This document shows, one piece after another, positions 51,738 through 58,696 of a DNA stretch of 64,000 nucleotides. A model generated the notes under the pieces. It was not told the origin of the DNA. It was given only the letters and a program-made list of their open reading frames with translations, and made no database searches. The stretch is from an uncultured virus (IMG/VR IMGVR_UViG_3300042868_008532) (Duplodnaviria; Heunggongvirae; Uroviricota; Caudoviricetes). Made by a program: the position numbers and the translations under genes. The stretch spans positions 1 to 64,000 of IMG/VR virus record IMGVR_UViG_3300042868_008532, one strand, 5' to 3'. Position 1 is the stretch's first letter. Each line of letters opens with the position of its first letter.

Positions 51738-53102
51738 TTAATTTATTCTAATAAATCCTTCAAATAATTCAGGAGAAACTAAAAAATTATTAAATTCTTC
51801 TTCAGTGTAACTTCTATCTTCCATACCACCATCTTTTTTAAAAACTTGAACAATTATTTTATTTGTTGCCGGGTCAATTTTTCTAATAAAAAACTCTCTA
51901 CCTGATTTAGTTTTATATCTATTATTCATTTTATAATTTTGAGCAATTCGGTTATATAATTCTGAATATCCATGAATATCGGCAAACTCATCAGAATCCT
52001 CTATTTTTTCAAATATTTTATCTAATTGTTTTTCAACGACATTATTATAATATACCTCATCAAAGTCTTCACAATATATCTCCCATCTATTTTCGTCCCA
52101 TCCACCAATATTACTATCTCTGTGTCCAATATCTTTAAGTAAATCATATAAACTTAATGTTTTATCCCCAACACTATTATATATTGATAATAATATACCT
52201 ACTGTGGTATAATATTCTCTAAAACAATTTTGTCTAATTAATCCATAATTTGAAAAATAATCACAAACATCTCCTTCTATCCATTTTTCAGCCCCTTTAT
52301 TTTTACAAGCATTTTCTTCATTAACCCAATCACTAAGTATATAATCGATTTCGTTCGGAAACATACTTTCAACCGTTTTTGATGCCGCCGATTTTACTTC
52401 ATCATTTTCCAAATTAGCCACACCTGGACTAATAAGTTTTAGTATTTGTTTAAATTTAATAAGATTTTCGTCGGAAAAAGAATGTATTAAATAACCTTCA
52501 TCCCATTCATTCGATGCGTGGTCGTAATCAACAAAATCAAACATCCCATAATCAGAATAGACTGATTCCGCAAACGAAATATCGTATTCATCAAGTTCAA
52601 ATAATTTTAAGTAATCTTCCATTTCATCAAAAGAAAGTTTAACCATACTTTTATTTGGATTTTTTTCGTTATATATAAATTTCCAAATAAGACTATCAGC
52701 CCTTTCCATTTGATTAGTAGTCACTTTTTCACCGTTTTTAACCGCTAACAATAATTTGTACACATCTGATTGTCCAACAATATTATCAATAACTGATTTA
52801 ACCTCATCCGGTAAATCTGACTCAAATTCATGACGATTCATTTCTCTATGTCTACGAACTTCACTACCATAATATTCTATTTTATTATCTTGTGTTTTAT
52901 GAATAACTGATGTTTGGATTGGCTCCTTATCTTTATCTATAATAAAGTAAGTGTCCCCCTCTCTATACTTATTCCACTCAGATTTATAGTTTTCCGGAGC
53001 GTAATATACAAAGGAATCGTAATCCAATGGGTCTACGACCATCCAATCTTCATTATCTAATAGTATGTTTTTTGTTCCGTTAAAGTCCTTCGTATCAGGC
53101 AT
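51738..53102 (-). CDS. Hypothetical acidic phage protein
   Basis: 454-aa ORF. Confidence 0.7.
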   Translation of the reverse strand: MPDTKDFNGTKNILLDNEDWMVVDPLDYDSFVYYAPENYKSEWNKYREGDTYFIIDKDKEPIQTSVIHKTQDNKIEYYGSEVRRHREMNRHEFESDLPDEVKSVIDNIVGQSDVYKLLLAVKNGEKVTTNQMERADSLIWKFIYNEKNPNKSMVKLSFDEMEDYLKLFELDEYDISFAESVYSDYGMFDFVDYDHASNEWDEGYLIHSFSDENLIKFKQILKLISPGVANLENDEVKSAASKTVESMFPNEIDYILSDWVNEENACKNKGAEKWIEGDVCDYFSNYGLIRQNCFREYYTTVGILLSIYNSVGDKTLSLYDLLKDIGHRDSNIGGWDENRWEIYCEDFDEVYYNNVVEKQLDKIFEKIEDSDEFADIHGYSELYNRIAQNYKMNNRYKTKSGREFFIRKIDPATNKIIVQVFKKDGGMEDRSYTEEEFNNFLVSPELFEGFIRIN

Positions 53103-53134
53103 TGATATTTATTTTAATAATAAATATAATTTTA

Positions 53135-53165
53135 TTTGGATTTATCCAAAAATGTATTATCTTTG
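53135..53165 (+). promoter_or_regulatory. Bacteroidota-type promoter of tmRNA
   Basis: TTTG (53135) - 19 nt - TATCTTTG (53158). Confidence 0.8.
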
Positions 53166-53179
53166 TGGTATCAAAATAT

Positions 53180-53573
53180 GGGAGTGACACGGAATTGACT
53201 ATTCGTAATAGTTATTCGGGGCACGTAGTGAGATGTTCTCTATCACTTAAATCTATGGGTACAACAATTTAGACGGAAACGTTTTAAACAAAATGGCTCT
53301 AGTAGGTCTTGTACGTCAAGATGAGCTTGTGAACGTAGCGTAAGCAAACACACATTGGGGTCGGTGGACATATAACCCAGCAACAGGAGTCCTTAAAAAG
53401 GTGTGGTACCTATCCGAAAAGGTACAAGTGGAGGATTAGTTCTCAGTAAACCGAACCACTCTAAAAATAAGGGAATTGTGAAATTTTGGATTGTTAGCTT
53501 AAACAATATCCTAAACGTGTAGTCCTTAATAGGTAATACAAGTAACACCGGAGTTCGAGTCTCCGCACTTCCA
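53180..53573 (+). ncRNA. ssrA: tmRNA; tag ORF 53275-53343 (A)GNVLNKMALVGLVRQDELVNVA*
   Basis: 5' GGGAGTGACACGGAATTGAC; 3' T-arm CGGAG TTCGAGT CTCCG and CACTTCC-A; acceptor stem with G3.U Ala determinant; UA at -5/-4 of the GGA resume codon; smpB nearby. Confidence 0.92.
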
Positions 53574-53580
53574 CAAAAAG

Positions 53581-53609
53581 AAAAACCCATCATACGATGG
53601 GTTTTTTTG
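53581..53609. terminator. Terminator after tmRNA
   Basis: AAAACCCATC ATAC GATGGGTTTTTTT. Confidence 0.85.
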
Positions 53610-53632
53610 TTATCAGTTCAAATGTTTATTTT

Positions 53633-53992
53633 TTAATCTTGTAATAAATCCTTTGTTACCGGATTTAATTTAGTTACTAATTTATCTAATCTTGAATCAA
53701 TAGTTCTATATACCTCATCAAGACCTTTGTTTGTATCCTCAGCTCTAGCATTTATATATCTATTGGTCTCAGCATACAATTCGTCGGTTCGTTTAATCTC
53801 ACCATCTATACGACGATGTAGGTCATCACCTGTTCTATTTATTTCTGTGAAGATGTGTCCTTGTACTTGTTCCAATTGGGAACATTTATTTTTTAATCTT
53901 TTAATCTGAATGTACATCATAACCACAACTCCAACTCCCAGTACCCCGAGAACCAAAACTATACCCATAATGAACGATGTTAAATCTACCAT
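53633..53992 (-). CDS. Single-TM coiled-coil membrane protein
   Basis: Hydrophobic N-terminal helix then heptad repeats. Confidence 0.65.
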   Translation of the reverse strand: MVDLTSFIMGIVLVLGVLGVGVVVMMYIQIKRLKNKCSQLEQVQGHIFTEINRTGDDLHRRIDGEIKRTDELYAETNRYINARAEDTNKGLDEVYRTIDSRLDKLVTKLNPVTKDLLQD

Positions 53993-54032
53993 AATTTCTT
54001 TTTTTTTATTTGTTTATTATTGAACTGATAAT

Positions 54033-54413
54033 TTATTGTTTAACTCCTCCCCACAAATAACCATCACCATATGAAGTACATATTTCTTCACCGGGTTGGA
54101 TTGTTTGTAAAGAGTAAAATTGAAATGCTCGTTTAGTTGGGTGATTTCTCCACATTGCGTTATTAGTATCTGAATGATTATATATACATCCATACCCTAA
54201 TGGTATCACATATTCAGTCCAATTTGGTCCTTGAGGATAACAAAATCTATAATCATCAAGTAATCTTGATTGTTCCCATTTTTTTGTTGGTAAAGTCACT
54301 AAATGACATTCTTCAATCAACTCATCTTTTTCAATGACATCAATTGCAAATACCCCCATTCCTTTTCCTGGAGAGGGTTTAATCTCTATTTTGGTCGGTA
54401 TTAATAAATTCAT
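54033..54413 (-). CDS. SET-domain protein (putative lysine methyltransferase)
   Basis: GKGMGVFA, YNHS..NN, I.PGEEICTSYG. Confidence 0.88.
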   Translation of the reverse strand: MNLLIPTKIEIKPSPGKGMGVFAIDVIEKDELIEECHLVTLPTKKWEQSRLLDDYRFCYPQGPNWTEYVIPLGYGCIYNHSDTNNAMWRNHPTKRAFQFYSLQTIQPGEEICTSYGDGYLWGGVKQ

Positions 54414-54438
54414 AAGTAAATTATAATAAAAAAAGAGA

Positions 54439-54876
54439 CTATTTCAAGTCTCTTTTCATATCTCTTTCAATGTCCCGAGATTTAATACTGTCTCGTTTAT
54501 CGTATGTCTTCTTTCCTTTGGCAAGAGCAATCTCCATCTTAACTAACCCGGTATCATTTATGAATACACGATAAGGAACGATGGTGGTTCCGTTGATTAG
54601 TTCGTTCTCCAATTTATTAAGTTCTTTTCGTTTAAGTAATAGTTTTCTATCCTTTACGGTCTCGTGAAAGGACCCGAACCCATAATCAGAGATATTCATT
54701 CCCTTTATAAACAACTCACCATTGTTGAAGTAACAAAACCCCTCAGATATGGAGACCTTTCCCTGACGGATGGACTTTACCTCTGAACCAACTAGTTTGA
54801 TTCCCACGATTAGTGTCTGTAGGAATGAATACTCAAACTTGGCTTTCTTATTGACTATGTTAATTGATTTTTTCAT
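54439..54876 (-). CDS. smpB: SsrA-binding protein SmpB
   Basis: NKKAKFEY, GI.L.GSEVKSIR.G, RKLLL...E, LAKGKK.YDKR; TATCTTTG promoter element at 54881-54888. Confidence 0.95.
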   Translation of the reverse strand: MKKSINIVNKKAKFEYSFLQTLIVGIKLVGSEVKSIRQGKVSISEGFCYFNNGELFIKGMNISDYGFGSFHETVKDRKLLLKRKELNKLENELINGTTIVPYRVFINDTGLVKMEIALAKGKKTYDKRDSIKSRDIERDMKRDLK

Positions 54877-54953
54877 ACGACAAAGATAATGATTTTTTTT
54901 CTAATAATTATGACTTTTTATACTTTTTGAGATATTTATAATAAAGAGATATT

Positions 54954-55106
54954 ATGAACCCAAGAAAAAAAGAAGAAGATAAAAAAGTAAAATTTGGAAT
55001 CTGTGTTGACCCGGTAATATACCAAAAAATGGAAGATGAGATGATTAACAAATCTCGCCTGATTGAAACACTATTGAAAGAACATTATGGAAAAAAAAGT
55101 TTGTAG
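54954..55106 (+). CDS. Small ribbon-helix-helix-like protein (absent from ORF track)
   Basis: MNPRKKEEDKKVKFGICVDPVIYQKMEDEMINKSRLIETLLKEHYGKKSL; overlaps the HNH start; TATTTATA at 54933. Confidence 0.65.
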   Translation: MNPRKKEEDKKVKFGICVDPVIYQKMEDEMINKSRLIETLLKEHYGKKSL

Positions 55107-55707
55107 TAAGTGTAAAGAAGAAAAAGAGGTTTGCGAGTTTGGGAAACGAAAAGATTCCAAAGATGGTCTGCGAAGTGAATGTAAAAGTTGTGCTAAAGAA
55201 TGGAGATTAAAGAATCGAGAACATTTATTAAAATATAATAAAAATTGGAAAAATTCTAATTCAGAACACGTTTATCATTATCATAAAAAATATAAAGAAG
55301 AAAATGATGAAGAATTAAAGAAATATCAAAAAGAATGGTATCTACAAAATAAAAATATTCTTAATGAAAAAATAAAACTAAAAAAATTAACAAACCCAAT
55401 ATTTTTAGTTTCGTGTTCAGTTAGAAAAAGAATGTCCGAGTATATTAAAAAAAATAATATATTGAAAAAAAATAAAACTTTTAAAGTTGTTGGATTGAAC
55501 CCTATTGAATTATCTCATTACTTGGAAACTCAATTTACAGAAGGAATGTCTTGGAATAACTATGGAAAGTATGGGTGGCATATTGACCATATAATTCCGT
55601 TATCTTCAGCAAAAAATGAAAATGAACTTTATAAGTTATGTCATTATACTAATCTCCAACCACTATGGGCAGAAGACAATCTAAAAAAATCAAATAAACT
55701 ATTATAA
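55087..55707 (+). CDS. HNH homing endonuclease with N-terminal Cys4 zinc motif
   Basis: CSKC...CKSC; WHIDHIIPLS...HYTNLQPLWAEDNLKKSN. Confidence 0.85.
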   Translation: MEKKVCSKCKEEKEVCEFGKRKDSKDGLRSECKSCAKEWRLKNREHLLKYNKNWKNSNSEHVYHYHKKYKEENDEELKKYQKEWYLQNKNILNEKIKLKKLTNPIFLVSCSVRKRMSEYIKKNNILKKNKTFKVVGLNPIELSHYLETQFTEGMSWNNYGKYGWHIDHIIPLSSAKNENELYKLCHYTNLQPLWAEDNLKKSNKLL

Positions 55708-55710
55708 ACA

Positions 55711-55745
55711 AAAAAAGGTGTCACAAATTAATGTAACACCTTTTT
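55711..55745. terminator. Bidirectional terminator between HNH gene and giant ncRNA
   Basis: AAAAAAGGTGT.ACA...TGT.ACACCTTTTT. Confidence 0.75.
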
Positions 55746-55746
55746 G

Positions 55747-56592
55747 GCTTAATACGATGAGAATACTCGTCTTATTGAGAATCTTCGGAAGGATTATTGT
55801 TTCCCTTCTTTTCCACCATCTTTTGAATGGTAATCCTCATTGCCGATTGGTTAGACCAATCACTCCTTAAGATATCATTTACTCTCTCATTATTCAACTC
55901 TCTTTAACCTTGCGAGCTAACTCCGGATTCGACTCCGTAGAGGTTTTTGGCGAGAATACATTCAGACTTGCGGTCATCCTGTGCAACGAACAGCTCGTTA
56001 CTATGTAGGCAACTTGTCAATGATACCTGACAGACACTTTTGCTTTTTTCTGTTTAGTTTTTCACCATATTGAAAATAGTTATTGTGTTGTGGATGTGTC
56101 CAAGTAGAGGTCTGTCTTAGGCTTCATCATCTTTTGGACGAAGAAATACCAACCTACTCGGTAGAGCGTCCCCACTCTCATATTTTAAGAATTCTTCGAA
56201 TCAAAATCTTGGTAGATGTTTGATAAGGATAATGACAGCACCACCTGTTACTTATCTTGTCTTTCGACTTTAAGATTTCTCTCATATTGGAACCCGTAAT
56301 AATTAAGTTGGATAACCTAACTTCTTACTTGATTCCTATCACTTATTCCTATTGGAGTTCCCCCCTCAACCGAAAGACCCACATCTCCCGGTCACCTAAC
56401 CACTTTCTCTAAAGCGTTGCCCTCAATACTGAAGGTCAGATGGTATGTGACTTGTATACTCGAGTCCCATTTCTGAGACCGCAAACCTGTTAACACAACA
56501 GATTCACTTTAGCCCGGTTTCCCGGTTTATTTAAGGATGATATACCACCCATTATCGTTTTTTACTCCACCGAAGTGGGTAAAGGATAATCT
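55747..56592 (-). ncRNA. Giant structured ncRNA, GOLLD-like (~850 nt)
   Basis: ORF-free, higher GC, many GNRA/UUCG-capped hairpins on the minus strand, own promoter (56635-56665) and terminator, next to tRNA-like genes. Confidence 0.65.
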
Positions 56593-56634
56593 AAAATTTC
56601 TAAGAACGTCTTGAGGTTTCCCTCATTTGTTTTA

Positions 56635-56665
56635 CAAAGGTAAGTGATTTTTTTCATTTGTCAAA
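56635..56665 (-). promoter_or_regulatory. Bacteroidota-type promoter for the giant ncRNA
   Basis: TTTG - 19 nt - TACCTTTG on the minus strand. Confidence 0.75.
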
Positions 56666-56697
56666 CACTTTTGTAATTTTTTTTTATTTTTTTTTAA

Positions 56698-56927
56698 TCT
56701 GTGATAAGACCTTAAGATTTACTCATTCGTAGGTCACCCATTCTGTACTACCTAAAACTCGCCTTTAACATCCGTTCTACCCAAACCATCGTTTATTTCT
56801 TGTTAACCTCACGGTTATCTTTGAGTACCTCCTCAACTGTAATCTGATAGGGACTCCATATTGCTCGTCATTTCTGACTCCCTATGGGGTTCTGCTGTAA
56901 TAGGTCTATCTGCTATCTTATCACAGA
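56698..56927 (-). ncRNA. Candidate structured ncRNA (230 nt)
   Basis: Perfect 12-bp terminal inverted repeat TCTGTGATAAGA/TCTTATCACAGA, internal hairpins, no ORF in the track. Confidence 0.5.
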
Positions 56928-57075
56928 ATAAAATTTGTAAACCCTTGAGAAGGAATCTGTGGGCGTGTATAGGATTACTTGTCTACCTTCTATCCATCCG
57001 GGTCTCTCACCCGACGAAACTTTACTACAAATAAATTCGTAGTTCCATCCCCCACCAAATTATGGTTTACTTTTG

Positions 57076-57165
57076 TGGTATCAGATGGGCTCGAACCACC
57101 GGCACAGAGTCTTTCGTTACTCCTGCTCTACCAAAGGAGATAAATCTCCACTGAGCTATAATACC
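57076..57165 (-). tRNA. Atypical tRNA-like gene (hairpin inserted in D-loop, 8-nt non-canonical anticodon loop)
   Basis: Acceptor GGTATTA/TGATACC, D-stem GCTC/GAGC, T-arm GGTGG TTCGAGC CCATC; anticodon not assignable. Confidence 0.6.
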
Positions 57166-57175
57166 ATATATTTTA

Positions 57176-57248
57176 GTGGACGTATGCTCTACCATCTGAG
57201 CTACGGGGTTAAGACCGGAGGGATTTGAATCCTCGACACAACGTCCAC
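57176..57248 (-). ncRNA. Circularly permuted tRNA-like RNA (T arm, closed acceptor, D arm)
   Basis: GTGGACGT..GAGGA TTCAAAT CCCTC CGG(8)CCG TA GCTC AGATGGTA GAGC..ACGTCCAC. Confidence 0.6.
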
Positions 57249-57286
57249 CTATTTTTTCAATAATTTTAAGAACTTTATTTCTTCTA

Positions 57287-57318
57287 CAAAGATAATACTT
57301 TTATTTTAATATATCAAA
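57287..57318 (-). promoter_or_regulatory. Bacteroidota-type promoter upstream of the permuted tRNA-like RNA
   Basis: TTTG - 20 nt - TATCTTTG. Confidence 0.7.
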
Positions 57319-57477
57319 TTATTTTAAAAATAATTCTAACAATTTTGTAATACCTAAACCAAAACACATTCCGGCAACAAAATAACTGAATGCGGGATTT
57401 CTACCTTTTTCTTTTTGAATTTTTGCACCGTATAGATTTATAACCGTCAATCCGAATTGTATTAATACTATTTCCAT
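57319..57477 (-). CDS. Small membrane protein (52 aa)
   Basis: MEIVLIQFGLTVINLYGAKIQKEKGRNPAFSYFVAGMCFGLGITKLLELFLK; own promoter at 57504-57534. Confidence 0.55.
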   Translation of the reverse strand: MEIVLIQFGLTVINLYGAKIQKEKGRNPAFSYFVAGMCFGLGITKLLELFLK

Positions 57478-57521
57478 AATTTGTTTCTTTTTTAATTAGA
57501 GTACAAAGATAATACTATTTT

Positions 57522-57674
57522 TTAATCTACCAAATCTTTTTTTGAATTTTCATCAATTTTTTTTAATTCACTAATAAGTTGGTTACCGTACCACTCTAAC
57601 CATTCAATATGGGTAAACTTTGAATCCGGATTATCCGACATAAAGTTTTTGTATTGTGTTTCTAATGTTGCCAT
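57522..57674 (-). CDS. Small hypothetical protein (50 aa)
   Basis: MATLETQYKNFMSDNPDSKFTHIEWLEWYGNQLISELKKIDENSKKDLVD. Confidence 0.55.
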   Translation of the reverse strand: MATLETQYKNFMSDNPDSKFTHIEWLEWYGNQLISELKKIDENSKKDLVD

Positions 57675-57689
57675 ATAATTTAATTTTAG

Positions 57690-57766
57690 TAGTCAGAACA
57701 GGATTCGAACCTGTGTGTCCACATAAGGGGTTTCCTTACCGTGCATCTCCAATGTGCTACCTGACT
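57690..57766 (-). tRNA. tRNA-like repeat unit 3 (no valid anticodon arm)
   Basis: AGTCAGG...ACAGG TTCGAAT CCTGT TCTGACT A. Confidence 0.55.
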
Positions 57767-58008
57767 AAATTGTGAATCAAAAAATTTCAGCCTTAGCTCA
57801 AAAATATCATCACACGATAAGACTTCTTTGTATGGTTCAGGTATCTAAACAACCTAGGTCATTCTGAATCTTCATATCATTAAAGCAATACCTTTTTTAA
57901 GGTTCAAATCCGAACTGTAACTCATTTATTCCTTAACTTACCTAAATAAGTCTCTATGTTTATTCATAGCCCCTGTAGATACTACAGGTAGTTGACATCG
58001 TCGATTTG

Positions 58009-58153
58009 TAGTCAGGACAGGATTCGAACCTGTAAGGTATAACCACTAAAATCGTGGAGATGGAGGTCAATTCCTCTTTTACAATACCAACCTGTGAGCG
58101 TCTACCATCAGGAATTAGCTTTATCAGTGCTACCCTTGTTCCGCCACCTGACT
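58009..58153 (-). tRNA. tRNA-like repeat unit 2 (145 nt; D-loop insertion, expanded centre)
   Basis: AGTCAGG TG GCGGAA[~30 nt]TGGTAGACGC...ACAGG TTCGAAT CCTGT CCTGACT A. Confidence 0.55.
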
Positions 58154-58158
58154 ATTTA

Positions 58159-58321
58159 AAAACTAATGGTGTGTTGTTACACCAAGATACGAGGTTCGTT
58201 ACCACCTACGTGTGACACCCAATAACGATTTCCCTGGATGTTGACTTTTTGTCCGTACACTCCCACAAGGGGACAACTCCTTAGAAGATGGATACTATCA
58301 ATCCCACTTCCCATTAGTTTT
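58159..58321 (-). ncRNA. Candidate structured ncRNA between tRNA-like units 1 and 2
   Basis: 11-bp terminal stem AAAACTAATGG/CCATTAGTTTT spans almost the whole spacer. Confidence 0.5.
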
Positions 58322-58322
58322 G

Positions 58323-58424
58323 TAGTCAGGACAGGATTCGAACCTGTTCCGTCTTTGCCATAAAGAGTCGGCCTTACCGTTACTCAACCTTGGGGAGGTG
58401 ATACCAACCAATGGTCTCCTAACT
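58323..58424 (-). tRNA. tRNA-like repeat unit 1 (102 nt)
   Basis: AGTTAGG...ACAGG TTCGAAT CCTGT CCTGACT A. Confidence 0.55.
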
Positions 58425-58438
58425 ATTTTATTATGGTA

Positions 58439-58469
58439 CAAAGATAATACTTTATTTTAATTTACCAAA
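58439..58469 (-). promoter_or_regulatory. Bacteroidota-type promoter driving the tRNA-like array
   Basis: TTTG - 19 nt - TATCTTTG, ending 14 nt before unit 1. Confidence 0.75.
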
Positions 58470-58543
58470 TTTATTTTATAAAAATCTGATAAAAATCCGT
58501 CTTTTAATATTTTTCCGGATATTTATATATAAATAACATTATA

Positions 58544-58696
58544 ATGGGTAGACCTAAATTAAAAGAAGACGATAAAAAAGGTAAATTAGGTATAACAATA
58601 TCTAAAGAACTTATCAATAAAATAAACAAAATTACAAATAATAAATCATTATTTATTGAAGAATTAATTATTAAATATTTCAAGAATGGAGAATAA
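58544..58696 (+). CDS. Small ribbon-helix-helix-like protein (absent from ORF track)
   Basis: MGRPKLKEDDKKGKLGITISKELINKINKITNNKSLFIEELIIKYFKNGE; similar to 54954..55106. Confidence 0.65.
   Translation: MGRPKLKEDDKKGKLGITISKELINKINKITNNKSLFIEELIIKYFKNGE

Noticed and set aside
53393..53593. 66-aa minus-strand ORF
   Set aside because: Antisense to the tmRNA 3' half; no protein features
55747..56592. rRNA fragment or RNase P RNA
   Set aside because: No universal rRNA motifs or RNase P P4 signature (GAGGAAAGUCC) recognised
56995..57025. Hammerhead ribozyme (CGAAAC next to a hairpin)
   Set aside because: No CUGANGA core at the required position on either strand
57689..58347. CRISPR array (three ~26-nt direct repeats)
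   Set aside because: Spacing is about 315 nt, the repeats are tRNA T-arm/acceptor sequences, and no cas genes are in the window
57076..58424. Assigning amino-acid specificity or suppressor function to the tRNA-like genes
   Set aside because: None has a canonical 7-nt anticodon loop with U33, so no anticodon can be read reliably
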